Source: Anthoceros angustus
Lineage: Eukaryota; Plantae; Anthocerotophyta
Length of the DNA stretch: 64,000 bases
Direction: 5' to 3'
NCBI GenBank assembly: GCA_010909165.1
Contig: MU008169.1
Span: 1,922,001-1,986,000 of the forward strand
A program made the translations under genes and the position numbers. Shown here in pieces: positions 34,246-47,755 of this stretch (its first letter is position 1; each line of letters starts with the position of its first letter). Under the pieces are notes generated by a model that worked only from the letters and a program-made list of their open reading frames with translations, was not told the origin of the DNA and did not search any database.

Positions 34246-35760
34246 CTATGAATTGGCTGATCCGGAAGGAATACCCAGGTAAGATTCTCTGCTGACCAGT
34301 CCGATACCGTCAGTGTGCTTGTTGTGAAGTGGCTTGGATAAGCTCTTCGTCAGCAGATCGGCAGTATTCTCATTCGTGTTGATGTAGTTTAAGGTCACTT
34401 GCTTGTTGGCCACCACTTGACGAATGAAATGGTGATGGATCTCCACATGCTTAGTTCTCGCGTGCAGCACAGGATTGAGTGTCATGGCGATGGCAGATTG
34501 ATTGTCACAGAATAGCTGTGTGGGCTGATCCTGGTCCTCGCCTATATCGTGCAGGAATTGCCTCACCCACAGGATCTCCTTGGCCGCCAGCGTTGTTGCT
34601 GCGTACTCCGCTTCCGTTGATGAGGTACAAATCGTTTGCATCTTCTTGCACGCCCATGATATTGTGCAACCGTTGATAGCTGTGCAGTATGCTGCAGTAG
34701 ACCTTCTCGCATCCGGATCTCCCGCCCAATCTGCGTCTGAGAAGGAGATTAGAGTGAGCTTGGGAGAGCTATCACCTTTGCAAATGAGTCCTAGGGACTT
34801 GGTCTTCTTGAGGTAACGAAGGATGCGCTTGACGCAGGTCCAATGAGCCTTCCCGGGGTTCGACAAATATCTGGATACCACGTTCACAGCTAGTGCAACG
34901 TCGGGTCTTGTCCAGATTGAGAGGTAAAGTAAACTGCCTACAGCCTCGTTGTACGGGATAGCTGACATCTCCTTTGTTTCTTCAGGTGTGCTGGGGCAGT
35001 CTTCTGTGGATACCTTCTCTCCTGAAGCCATTGGAGTTGATACTGGCTTCGAGTCCTTCATGTTGAATCTTTCCAGCAATTGGTTTACGTAGTATTCTTG
35101 ATGGATGAAGAAAGAGTGGTCCTCCTTGTTGTGTTCAAACTGTACCCCCAATGCATACCGTAGGGGTCCCATGTCTACAACATCATACTCCTTTGACAGG
35201 AGGTCTTTCACATACTGGATAATCTCAGGACTGTCTCCAAATATGAAGTTGTCATCAACGTATAGTGTCACTATTGCAAACTTGTTCTTTGTTCTCAGGA
35301 TGTAGACACTGGTGTCTGAGATAAGAGGAGTGAAGCCACACCTTTTCAAGTATCTATCCACGATTTTATTCCATACTTGTGCCGATTGCTTTAGTCCGTA
35401 GATGGATTTGAGCAATTTGCATACCTTGCTGCTGTCCTTAACAAACCCTGGTGGCTGTAGCATGTAGATGTCCTCATTTAGGGTTCCGTAGAGGAAAGCG
35501 GTTTTGACATCTACCTGGTGTATATGCAGGTGGTGATGGGCAGCGAAGGCTAGGAGGATCCGTATGGATGTTGCCTTGACGATCAATAATAACTGTTTCA
35601 TCATAGTCAAAACTGCACTGGTGAAACCTCGGGCTACCAGTCTAGACTTGTATCTTGAGACGGTCCCATCAGGGTTAAGCTTCCTTCTGAAGGTCCACTT
35701 ACAGGAAATTGGCTTGCGCCCAGCAGGTAGGTCAGTAAGTTTCCAGGTATTTATTGGCAA
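34246..35760 (-). mobile_element. Copia RT-RNaseH coding region
   Basis: 504-aa ORF with RYKSRLVARG, QVDVKTAFLYG, LYVDD, SDADWAGD, HARTKHVEI. Confidence 0.93.
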
Positions 35761-36074
35761 TTAGAGAGTCGTATTCTGACTGAACGGAAGCCTTCCACTC
35801 GGGTGTGCTAAGGGCTTCTTCTATGCTTGCAGGTACATCCTACATTTCAAGTGCAGACAGGGCTTGATGCAAGGCGAGCTGGACTTGGTCTGCGCTGTCG
35901 GGCTGAGCTTGAGTGGGAACTGGTACTTCTACAGGTTCCATAATGGTTGCCTGGCGAGAGAAGGAGTCTCTGGGGACAGAGGGTGGATTTTTCCATAGAT
36001 GACTGGGCGGTCTATTGCGTGTGGAACGCCTTAGAGGAGGAGGATCAGGTTCTGGCACGGGTACCTCGGGTATG

Positions 36075-39000
36075 TGGAGTGATTTTCTAAACCAAGTGGT
36101 CACAAAGAGGCCACATTTACCCTCTTTATCGTTGTAGACTTGAGATTCGTACCCAAGGGAGTGATTTCGTGTCAAGACAACCAAAACATAGCCAATCCAA
36201 CCAAACACGGACACACCAAACATCTAGCGATTCTGAGACGGACTACTACCTAACAACACTCGGACACATGGCTATCTTAGCCACGCGACCTGATGCCACC
36301 CCGAACGGATGATCTTGCTAACTTAGCAACCGCCCCTCTTTTCTAGCAGGGGGTCCACCTTGGGATCAGTCGGCTATTAATAGTGGGTCCCAGTCGGGAT
36401 CCAAGTGGATAAGGCTGATCTCTCTCTCTCTCTCTCTCTCTTACTCATCCACAAAGTTAGATCCACCAATCTGGATTACTGCTCTCATAACTTCCCCCCC
36501 CTCCTCTCACTCTTGCAGCACTTCTTCAGACTTCCTTGCCCCCTCTCTGGCCTTTCAGCTCACCTTCCGAACCCCATACCAACACCTCCAGGTTTTCATC
36601 ATCCTCGCCAAGTTCCCAGAACTCTCTCAACCCTCCTTGTTCTCACTCCTCACCGCCCATTCAATCTCCACTTCCACTCACAACACTCTCCAGTCCTTAC
36701 AAGGTTCTCATCCAGGCCCTTACACTTCACCAACTCTCAAAATACTTGTTCATCTCTCTCGCAATCATTCCGTCTCATCCACTCACGGATCTTCAACCTC
36801 CACTCACGCCTCTCTCTTCAACTCTCCTTGTTCTCACTCCTCACCGCCCATTCAATCTCCACTTCCGGCTCACTCCAGTCCTTACAAGGTTCTCATCCGA
36901 CCTTACACTTCACCAACTCTCAAAATACTTGTTCATCTCTCTCAATCATTCCGTCTCATCCACTCACGGATCTTCAACCTCCACTCACGACTCTCTCCTT
37001 GACAACACAACATCTCTTACAGACTTCTCCAGCCTTCTTACTCCTCTCAAACACAATCAGCAACTCTCCATGCCCAAAGATTCTCCACTTCTCTCACTCA
37101 CTTTTCCTCTCATTTTCCAACCCACAAGCCCACAGCCCCACTCACTCACCTTCCTCCTCCACACACCGGCTCCCGCCTTGTCTTCTTCTCTCCTGCGACC
37201 TTGACACTGAAAACTTAAACACAAGGTGAGTACTAGACAAGCTGCAGAGAATGAGTAAAGGAGGGACAGCCTCCCGGCTTCCGACCCCTTCCTCTTGACC
37301 TTGAGGACTCCCTCCAAGGAGATCACAAGGCTCCCTTCCTTGCTTTCCACCACTCTTGCGGATCGGCCACACGGATCTGGGCAACAGTAGTCTTCTCACC
37401 GGCAGAGGTGCCTAGGCTTACAAAGACCGGATCCGGAACCCTCCCAAACCCCGTGCTCAGCCCCAAACACCGAGACTTAGGCCAACATTGCTTACATTTC
37501 ATCAAGGGGTGCCTCTTATACCCAAGATCACCACATTGGCCGCTTGCCAAAAATACCAATCGGTCTTAGCCTACCAATCCTAGAGGCCTATCTATCAATT
37601 ACATCCACTATGAGAGGATAAGATTTGATCTATAACACATGGGCCTTTAGCTATTTGAGGCCACTTACCCTATTACCTCTCCGGGCCTCCTAGGCGCCTA
37701 GCCCCATGTTCTCCTCTTGCTCTCCTCCCTCTTGGCTGGTTGGGCAATCTCTCCCATAAAATCTCTACCTCCTCAGCTGGACTCCTCTCTCTCTTGTGCT
37801 CGCCGCATGTGCAGTACTCCTCCTCGGTGAGCTCTTGAATCTGGATGGGTCGGTGAGAGTTTCCTCCTTAAGAATCCAACCCATAGGTAGGATCCGGTGC
37901 CAAGGCATGGATCAAGTACCTCCATGTCCCCCATGCCCACAACAACATAAACTTTCGGAGACAATCTTCTCTCCGGCCAAGGAGAATCCGGGCACATGGT
38001 TATCTTGATAAGCATCCCTCAATCTAATGCACCATTGGGAAGTTAGACTTCTTAGGCGGTGCTTACCGCTCCCCACAGCTGTTGTCCTCCTCCGGTCTGC
38101 TGCCCCTTCTTCCTTGTTGTAGCTCGGTCTTGGAGCTGTTGCTCCCTTAGCAGTGCTGAGTTGTTCCTTAGCGGCGGCGGTTGCTTAGCAACCTCCTCGG
38201 TGCTAACTCGATTCTTCCATGGAGGCTCCGCATCTTCCACGGTGGCTCTCCTTGCAATCCGGCCCTCTTGGCCTCTTTCCACCTTTCCTTGCCTCGTCCC
38301 TCTCCTTCTTGCTGAGGGCATCCGGTTTCGGCTGAACTTGCGCATCGAGATGACATTCTCGCAGCTCCCCTATGGTGCTTTGTCGTCAGGTGAACCATGA
38401 GGGTTTCGATCCTTGGTCTTCGCAACTCTTCTCGGACCTTCCTTAATTCCGCTTCCATGCTACCTAGGCGTCCCTCAAGACCTCCTTCTCGCTTCATTCC
38501 TGGAGCTCCTTTGCCGCCCCCTGTTGTTCCCCTACTGCGCTGTAAACCTAACAAAGAGAGGACCAGGCCGTCCTCCATCTCACCTAGTGCGTGCCATAGT
38601 GAGACCAGTTCTTGTAGGGTGATGTTAGGCCCCAAACCCTGGGGATGGGTTCCCTCCTTCCTATCTGCGAATCGACTCTCCTGCGACCACTTCCGGGTAT
38701 ACTTGAGGTCACCCCTTGAGCAGTAGTGACTTTCTCGGGTCGGCTCGTGCCCAAGGTTGGGCCGATTCCTCCTGTTGACTGTGGCTTCCCGCCACGGGCT
38801 CGCGAACTGTTGCTCGGCCTTTCCTTTGTCACCTTACATCCGGGTGAGTTCCGGTCGTGCTCTTGTGGCTCTAGGAGTGGTTGGAGTCCCCTGCTCACCT
38901 CTCTTGGTGCTGTTGGGTCTTAGCAGTCTTTGTTAGCAACTGTTGCTTTGTTAGCAACCTGACCTTAGCAACCGCCACATTCCTCTTCATGGACACTTGG

Positions 39001-40925
39001 ACTTCTCATCTTCACTCCCGGTGCCCGGAGATGGCCTCTTCCTCGACTCCTCTTTGGGCTTCCTTCTTTCAAACACGGCCTCCGGGCATGGAAAGGTGAG
39101 ACCATCTCTATCCCCTCCAAAGAACTTGGCATGGTCAAAACGTGGATTAAGAAGGAGATAGAGGCTGGGTGATGGTAGGGTCAAGTGGTCCCTCTCCACA
39201 TCTTGTGTCATAGAACATCCTAGCCCAATCTATCTTGGACCCTCTCACCACCTCATAGAAAGACAAGAAAATGGTCGACAATGTGCTCTAGCTTCTTAGT
39301 GAGTGAGAGCACGGGATCCTGGCTAATCCGCCACGTGGTCTAACTTGTTGGTGACCCGGCCATTCTCCACCCTAGACAATGTGGGAGCAATGGCGACTTG
39401 TGCCTCCTGCGACTTTTGGGAGATGGCTTCGAAAGGATCAATGATTATTCCACCACATTCCTCTTCAGCCTCTCATAGACAGCACTGGAACAATGAATAT
39501 TCCAGTGCGGGGTTGGTTCTCGTGTTGCCTTCCTGTGGCCTTCTCCCTCATGTGACACTCCCAAACCAACAGGCTATTGTAGCACCACTTTTGTCCATGA
39601 AGGACAAGTGATGCTTAGCCACCAAAGACCCCGCCTTCACTCTCCATTGCCCCATGTTGGGCCATTGATGTGGTAATGGCCTCAATGGCCACCGGAGTGG
39701 TCTTCTTAGGCCATGCTTCACGACTGTGGCGTGGCTCGAGTTTACGAAAGTAAGGAGTCCCGCCATCGGATGCACCACCGCACTTCCCCACCTCAAGATT
39801 CCTGTCCACTGCTCGTGTCGCCTCCTCGTCGACTTCCCATCCGAAATTTCCGCTTAGCTCGTTGACCGAGGATCCTGGAAACAGCGCTCCCAACTTCACG
39901 ATGGCAAGGGTGTCCCGCCCGACCACTCGACTTGGAAAGCGCCACAATCCTGACTCTTCTGCCCCTATCTTCCGCTCGTGTTCCCGACAGACTGCACCCT
40001 CCTCGAATTGAAACCCGTTCTTATCCTCTCACCAACACCGCCCGGCTCAGCTGCCCTTCTACCCTGTGTGAGGCTTGGTGGTGTACCTGCGAGGCTTGGA
40101 GGATGTATCCTGCAACCAGTTGAGCGGTGACCCACAGTGCGCTTTGTCTTGCCCTTGTCGCGACCTCCTGTCACCACTCCCACGCACCTCCCTTCCGTGC
40201 ACCCTACTCCTTCACTGGCCTATCACTTGCCCCGCTCTTCTTAGCTCTGGCCGCCACACGAGCCGCCCGCCTAGCCTTCTCCGAGCTGCGGCCCGATTAC
40301 TCCCCACCCGCAGCGAATTTGCCGCGCCCGCTTGCTTACTTCCCCACGCCGCCGCCTCGGCCCCTTCACTCTCCATTGCCCGCCCGCCTTCACTCTCCAT
40401 TGCCCGCCACGCCCGCTCGCCTCTGCCACCGCCGCATCCGGACACCGCCATTCCACCCGATTCGCCCTTGCGCGCTGCGCCCGGCCGCTCGTGACTCGCG
40501 TGCCGCTGCTTCTCCGCTCCGTCACTCACGCCGCGCTTCTCCCGCCTCCGGCCACGCGCCCGTTTGACGCCTATTCTTGTATTCTTCCCCTCACCGGAAA
40601 ATAGGACCGCGTTACTTCCGTTCGGGTATTTCCAATGATTTCGCTCAATTAGGTTTTCCAATTTATCGGAAAATAACTCCGACTTGGTTGCTACCATAGC
40701 AACAGCTCCCGAGTTCTTGTCACATAGCAACAGTCAGCAACGGCCCTAGCGACTGCGTAGCAACCGGCCGAGCAGCCAACCCTCCAAGGTTCTGTCCAGG
40801 ATCAGGACTAGACTCTCTTCCTCCTACTAGGCTCTAGTAGACTTTTCTTATTTCCTAACCTACTTCACATTCCAACTCCACACGATTCTCACAACTTAAA
40901 CACAAAACAAACAAAAAAACACTCC
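36075..40925. mobile_element. ~4.85-kb nested insertion between Copia integrase and RT (non-autonomous retroelement or long solo LTR; class uncertain)
   Basis: The Copia frame stops at ..HMGTQTPS (~40930) and resumes at IPEVPVPEPDPPPLRRSTR (~36075). The insert has GGAGTG/CACTCC inverted ends, a CT-rich block and a decayed minus-strand ORF (..IDWARMFYD..). No TSD found. Confidence 0.6.
36630..37000. repeat. ~185-bp tandem duplication in the CT-rich part of the nested insertion
   Basis: CTCCTTGTTCTCACTCCTCACCGCCC...CTCCACTCACG unit occurs twice. Confidence 0.85.
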
Positions 40926-41200
40926 TTTTCGAGGGGGTCTGAGTACCCATGTGCTCACCACAGGGTACTAGAGCATGGTTCATGTCTAAGTCTTGGTTAT
41001 CTATCACAGGGTGATGTGGCTGATCCAGGGCTATGGGTGCAGGTAATAGTGGAGGAGGTAGTACACAGATGTCGAGCGGTGGAACATGTGGTGCTTGGAT
41101 AGGCGGACTGGAGCAGGATAAATGATCAGTTTTCTCTTGAGCTTGCATGGCATCTTCATCTTCTTCATAGTGGGAGGTGGCCCTCAAGGTCAAGGGAAAA

Positions 41201-42223
41201 TTAGTGAGTAGGAGGCCGAGAGACGGTGGTGGGAAGAGGTGGTGAAGTAAGATAGGTGTTGAGAACATGGGATTCATGGAAATGAACACTACGAGAAAGG
41301 ATTACCTCTGGTAGTGTGTTGAAAGCGGTAGGCTTTACTTGATCTGAGTAGCCAATGAAGAGAAGCTTTCGACTTTTGTCGTCCCATTTCTTCTGGTGGC
41401 GGTACATGTGCAAAGCGGGACTACAAGATGCGAGATGGGAGATTCTAGGTTTGTTACTTGTCCAGCGCTCAAAAGGTGTAGTACCTAGCAGCTTTGTAGT
41501 AGGAAGCCTGTTTTTAAGGTAGTTGGTACGTAGCTCCTCATTGATAGCCTCGAGGCGGGGAGCTCGGATGGAGCGAAATCTCAAGTGATCTATTATTGGG
41601 GCGCTCGCAAAGGGGTTTTGAGCAGGAGTATGTGGCACGGTCAGTTGGCGGAGGATCCCTTTAGATCGACAGAATTCATTGAAGGCTGTACTGGTGTATT
41701 CTCCGCCGTTGTCACTGTGGAGAGTGCAAACTTGAAAACCAGTTTGTCGTTCTGCTGCTGATACAAAACCTTGGAAACAGGTGAGGGCCTCATCCTTATG
41801 GCGCAAGAAATAAATATGGCAATACTTGCTCCACTCATCCATAAAGGTAAGGAAGTAAGAGTGGCCTCCGAAGCTGTGTGTGCTCATTGGGCCGCAGATA
41901 TCTGAGTGTATAGTCTCCAGAAGTCGTCGAGCTCTTGTTGGTGAGGGATCTTTGAAAGGGAATTGAGTCAACTTGGAGTATTTGCAGATCTCATAGAAGA
42001 AATCCTTGCTGGATTTAATGTTGATGGGATCCTTGTACATGGCAGGGTTGGAAAAGGAGTCCAGATAACGTGGATTTATGTGGCACGCCGTGTGCCATAG
42101 CCGGTGTTCTTGTGAGAACGATGATGGTACATCGTGACGAGGATGAAGAGGCGTATATTGAGCAAATCTCGTTGTAAGGTAGGCCGTGTGCCAGTGCAGT
42201 TTGATGTTTGTCCTTCGAGTCAT
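41201..42223 (-). mobile_element. Copia integrase region
   Basis: WH...HIN, IHSDICGP, FLTFMDEWS, LHSDNGGEY, TVPHTPAQN, WDDKSRKLLFIGY. Confidence 0.9.
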
Positions 42224-43058
42224 AAATTGTGCAGTGGTTGCTTTGAAAGGTGATTATGAGGTTGTGCTCCGTGGCCAACTTCCTCACTGATAGGAGGTTC
42301 TTGGTCATTGCAGGTACGTGGAGTACTCCATTGATGGTGAGAGATTCGCCATTTGACAGTCTCAATGCAACTTCACCGGTGCCTTGGACAGGGAGTGAGC
42401 TGTCGTCGCCAAGCAAGACGTGCTGGTCGAAAAGGATGTCGTGATAAGATGTGAACATGTCCCTGCTCCTACAAATATGAGTAGTTGCTCCTGAATCCAG
42501 GAACCATCGACAATCGTCAGTCCTGGTCAGCATCAAGCATACGGCCAAAATTGAATTTGCTGGTGGAGATGGTAATTGTGAGCAGGTTTGACTCATATCG
42601 TGGTGAGTCGCGGCGGGGTTCTCCTCCTTGTTTCTTCCTGCACTCGTACTCGAAATGGCCTGGGATCCTGCACCAGTTGCAAGGTCCTTTGCTGGTCCTT
42701 TTCTGACCATTCTAATTGTTTTTATTGTAGCCTCCGGTGATCGTGCCGTGAGTCGTAGGATCGGCGGTTTGAGAAGTTACCGCGTCCTCTGCCTCTTCGA
42801 CTGCCTCGGCCTCGAGAAGTGAAGAGTGCGTGGTTGGAGCTACCTTGGCCAATTCGCGAATTTGAGCCACGGCTTGATTCCTCCTCAAGTAAAGCTCCAA
42901 CGATTTCAGAGAAAGTGTCCGCTTGGGCACCTCCAGCTGCAGCTGCTTTTGCTGATTGTTTGATGACGGAGTTCTAGGAGCTAACAAAGGTCCTGTAACC
43001 TGCAGGCAGAGATGTCAGAAGTATTACAGTAGCTTGGTGTTCCGTGACTGTGGTGCCG

Positions 43059-45433
43059 GCTGCGGCAAGTCGTGCTCTTGCTGCTTGAAAATTGCTGATG
43101 TGATGTTCAACACTCTCGGTGTCCTTCATCTTTAGCTGGTAAAATAGTCTCGTTGCGCTTACTAGTGACATAGAGTCTTGGGCTTGGAACATATCGTTGA
43201 ATATCTTCGGATCTCGTGGCGCTTTTGGTGTTTTGTGTGTCACTACAAGAATCGCAGGTGTTTTACAACGCATTTTACAACGTAATTTACAACCTCACGT
43301 TGAAGCATACTTTTGTCAAGTGCAGCAATGAGGAGATTGCGTGCGTGCTTGTCTCTCTTGTTCCAAGCCGCAATTGTGTCGGGTGTTCCGACAGGATTGG
43401 TGTTGGGTCCTGGCACAGGGAGAGTGCCATCAACGATCTCCATCAAGTCATGCTCTTCCAGCAGAGTAGTGACTCTCATCTTCCACAGAAAATCGGTTCA
43501 GATTGGAGTCGGTCACGGAACTCGATTTTGTAATTGACTATTCTCTCCCATGATTGTTTGCTTCTTAGCCTTTCTTCTGTGGTTCTTAAGGGGATCAAAA
43601 GCGAGCATATACGTCTGCTACGGAGGTGAGCTATCAGCTCTAGTATCTAATGCTAAGGTAGGTCTTCTCTAATGCTAAGTGGAGTGACTGGATTTGTGAG
43701 TCCAACTCTGTGATTTGGTTGCTGAGGTCTTCATGAGTGATGACGGCTCTAGTTGGGAACAGGTTGGCTTGGCGGAATCTCTGGAAGCGCTCGGAATCTG
43801 CGGACATACTTGCTAGCAAAAGCGTGGAAGCCGAGGTGTGGCGGAAGAGAGTGAGGTCCCGTGTGGTGCAGTTCGTGGCGGGGCTAATACGATGAGGCTT
43901 GATGCCAAAGCTGCGTCTCATCTCTTTGATGCGCCCCGCAAATAACTTGCCGCCGAGGCGCTTCACCGATGGGTAGTAATAAAAAAGTCGCGCTTTCTAG
44001 GCATCTTCTTGATTTCAGATCTTCATGCCCGGTTGCCGTTCTTTTGTCTTCTGCGCCATCGGTGAGCTTGTGACACCAGCGTGGCGCGTGGTGATGCGAG
44101 CGGCGCCAGCCCCGCTCACGATACCATAAAGCGGGCAAGATGCGGTTATTGAGCAATGATAATTGTAGGATTAAAATTGAATGCATGCTTAGTGTCGAGT
44201 GCGGTTGTAACGGCACTGCTCAAGAATGCGATGGTATGACGAGCTGCTGCGGCAAGTCGTTACTCTTCGCTTGAAAATTCTGTGATGTTCAACACTCTCG
44301 GTGTCCTTCATCTTTAGCTGGTAAAATAGTCTCGTTGCGCTTACTAGTGACATAGAGTCTTGGGCTTGGAACATATCGTTGAATATCTTCCAGATCTCGT
44401 GAGCGCTTTTGGTGTTTTGTGTGTCACTACAAGAATCGCAGGTGTTTTACAACGCATTTTACAACGTAATTTACAACCTCACGTTGAAGCATACTTTTGT
44501 CAAGTGCAGCAATGAGGAGATTGCGTGCGTGCTTGTCTCTTGTTCCAAGCAATTGTGTGGTGTTAGGCGGGATTGGTGTTGGGTCACAATAGGGAGTGCC
44601 ATCAACGATCTCCATCAAGTCATGCTCTTCCAGCAGAGTAGTGACTCTCATCTTCCACACAGCAAAATCGGTTCCGTTAAACCGGTCTCGGTCACGGAAC
44701 TCGATTTTGGTAGTGTTTCTTATTCCCATGATTGTTTGCTTCTTAGCCTTCTTACATGGTTCTTAAGGGGATCAAAGCGAGCATATACGCTTTCACGGTG
44801 AGCTATCTCTAGTATCTAATGCTAAGGTAGGTCTTCTCTAATGCTAAGTGGAGTGAGTGGATTTGTGAGTCCAACTCGTGATTTGGTTCTTTGAGGTCTT
44901 CATGATAGGCTCTAGTTGGGAACAGTTGGCTTGGCGGAATCTCTGGAAGCGCTCGGAATCTGCAGACATACGGTTAGCAAAACGCTGTGAAGCCGGAGAG
45001 TGTGGCGGAAGAGAGTGAGGTCCCGTGTGGCTGGTTCGCTGAGCGGGGGCTAATGCAGGATGAGGCTTGATGCCAAAGCTGCGTCTCATCTCTTTGATGC
45101 AGTCCCCGCAAATAACTTGCCGCACAGGAGGCGCTCTGCCCAGTGGGTAGTAATAAGCTGGGGTGCGCTTTCTAGGCATCTTGCTGATTTCAGGATCTTC
45201 ATGCGGTGCCGTTCTTCATTGCTGCCATCGGTGAGCTTGTGACACCAGCGGCGTGGCGCGTGGTGATGCCGAGCTGCCTTGGCCCTTAGGCTCTGATACC
45301 ATAAAGCGGGGCAAGATGCAGTTATTGAGCAATGATAATTGTAGGATTAAGGCTGAATGCCCGCATTATAGTGTCGAGTGCGGTTGTAACCGCTCACATC
45401 AAGTGCGATGGTAACCGAGCTGCTGTCGGCAAC
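43059..45433. repeat. ~1.2-kb tandem duplication of partial LTR + PBS + leader + gag 5' part
   Basis: 43059-44255 repeats as 44246-45433; the junction lies in shared (GC)TGCGGCAA; the copies differ mainly by small indels. Confidence 0.88.
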
Positions 45434-45487
45434 TAAGCATTTATCTACGTGTGCACGAAACGTGCCCTAATGGCTAATGGCTGATGG
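45302..45487 (-). repeat. Copia 5' LTR, lacking ~28 bp at its outer end
   Basis: Homologous to 33910-34100; adjoins PBS-Met; diverges after CTAATGGCTGATGG. Confidence 0.8.
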
Positions 45488-46979
45488 ACACCAAACTAGA
45501 ACCTTCTAGCAAAGGCAATCCGAACGCCAAATGTCTCACAAAACCACATAGAAACGTCAAGAAACTTGAGTCCCTGCTGCCCACGACTGCGCAGTACATG
45601 TGCAAGACCCGGCATGGGCAGTCCTCAATGTTGTGACAAGTTGGTAGTGGCCATTGGACGACATGGTGAGCTCGTCAAGTCGCGCCAGTGGCAGGAACAA
45701 GATATCCTGGTTGTCAGGTAGGTAGGGCTGGGCGAACGCAGTCTTCTACACGGTCACCACGCCCAGATCTTGAGACGCGTCTCATACAACCTCCCTCTCT
45801 CCTCTTTGGGAGGTATCTTGCCGGTTCTATGCCAATATACGAACAGTTAACTAGCTTGCAAGCGAATCAGTATTAGCGGTTTGAAAAATGTGTAAATCGT
45901 CCCACTATGTGAGCACGTCGACCTCCCTCGTGCGAAGTCTAAAGTGCAAGATTTTTTACTTGATAATGATAATGGTAATGAAGAAATGTCATCCATGAGC
46001 TTTAGACAATAGTGCATGTGAGCTCCCTCAAGATTATACTCTAGATTGGTTGGCTATTAAGCAAATAAATTACAGTATGTCATGACCACAAAGGTCGGTG
46101 GCTAGTGATGTCTGACTAACTCGGGATAACCTGGGTTGAGGTCGTCAGGCCTTAAACTTGTCATTGTGAACAATGAAGCGCTAAGTAACTAGCAGAGATA
46201 AAGGAGAATCACTAAAGAAGAGGATTAGCGCAGTAAATGAATACAGTTAGCTGAAGCTGCAAAAGTTGAGAAAGAAGAATTGTTACAGCTCCAGTATAGA
46301 CAACTTTATTGGATCTAAACATGAGGATACGTTCGTATAAAGCCTAAATGTTAACGAAGATATTGAGAGATGATTAGGTGAATATTACAAGTGCACTAAG
46401 GGCACCTAGAGGAGCATTCTTTTGATAGTTCTCACGCAGGAAGTGTGGTGTGAAGATTGTGTGGCACACAGACTTCCTTGTTTTGCAAACTTGAATATAA
46501 AATTTAAGCGTCATGAATTTGCATGAACTTTGCAATTGAATTCACATATGATGTTTGGATCAAAATCAAGTCATGAGAGTGTGTTTCAGAACATAGCCAG
46601 ATCAGTTTAAGTACAATTTTGCTACACTCCAGCGTTCCAGATCAGATCTGGAAGATTCTTCAATGCTCAGCCAGCTTCTGATCATTAGTCCTTAAGACAT
46701 GCCACATCATTAGCATGATGCCACAGCAATAGATCATTAGCCCTATGAGCATAGCGAGCCTCTTGCATACAGATAGGCTGTCTTGTAATGAGTTCGGGAG
46801 GGTTACAAGTAGCCAACTCGTGCAAGTGCGAGCCAAGAACCTATGCCTAACCGTAATCTACCTTGTAAATTGGGGTTATTACATTGGAGTTAATCGTATT
46901 TATACGTCTAGGTTAATCAGGGTTTTATGATGGTGGGTTTTGATCCGTATGTGGATGATTTAGGGTTTGTTAGTCCTCT

Positions 46980-47520
46980 GCGTGTCCTCAAGGGTTGGAA
47001 TCCAGCTCGTGGCTTCATTGCCAAATTTTGTGCTTCGGTGTTGATATGAACGGGTGGCCATGTCCCGTCTATCTAGTGATTTATCACATTCTCCCCACTG
47101 CGAATACGTTTTTTGGCAGGTTCCCAAGTTGCAGTAGAGTCCGGCTCTTGGCTCCATCCAACGAGCGGATGGAGCAGTTCCTCATATCCGGTCTGGTAAT
47201 TGAAAGGCATGTCTATGGGCGATGGGTGGCAAGGGGTTAGTCTCCAATTCATACCTCCTGATTTTCTTGATGTCGGAGGGGACATTGGTGGTGTGGATTT
47301 ACTCCTTATGCTTGATGTGGCGGCAGGGTGCGGTGAAGTCCATACCTTGGAGCACTGTACAATGGGTTTCAGCATGCTTACATGAAATGTGCGATTCATT
47401 CCCCAGCCTACTGGCAACTCCAATTGGTAAGCGACCTCATTGATCTTTTGCCATATTTTCACAACTAGAAAATTGGGTGGTTTATAATAACTATTGTAAG
47501 AGATTGTCGTCACATCATTC
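46980..47520 (-). mobile_element. Ty3/Gypsy chromovirus integrase C-terminus and chromodomain fragment
   Basis: KINEVAYQLELP..W...FHVSMLKP followed by LVGW...DSTATWEP. Confidence 0.8.
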
Positions 47521-47544
47521 AAAAGTGTTATACTTTTGGATTTG

Positions 47545-47755
47545 TTGTTAGGTCTGATGAGGATGTGTGTTAGAATTGACCCTAGTTATACCTAAATCAT
47601 TAGTAATAATGGACAACTATAAAATTGTCACATCACTTTATATTTTCTTTACTTAAGACTCAATTTTGATTATTATTGAATTAATTGTTCCTTGTAACAT
47701 CTTTGCTCTAGTCGCTTGCTAGCTCCTAGTCTGATGTTTTACATGGTATTAGAGC
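47545..47755 (+). mobile_element. LTR remnant ending ..ACA followed by a PBS-Met-like TGGTATTAGAGC
   Basis: Motif at 47741-47755; 5' boundary approximate. Confidence 0.5.

Larger units (their letters stand above)
33910..45487 (-). mobile_element. Ty1/Copia LTR retrotransposon, degenerate, interrupted by a nested insertion and carrying a duplicated 5' end
   Basis: PBS-Met TGGTATCAGAGC (45301-45290); gag FNGTDFAVWKMRV and CNWC..GH..EC knuckle; protease WFLDSGATTH; integrase IHSDICGP..SDNGGEY; RT DVKTAFL..YVDD; RNaseH SDADWAG..EAEY..DN..AD; PPT at 34131-34140. Confidence 0.93.

Noticed and set aside
36405-37229. 274- and 222-aa Ser/Leu/His-rich ORFs
   Set aside because: Products of a G-poor strand that lacks stop codons; low complexity within a mobile insertion.
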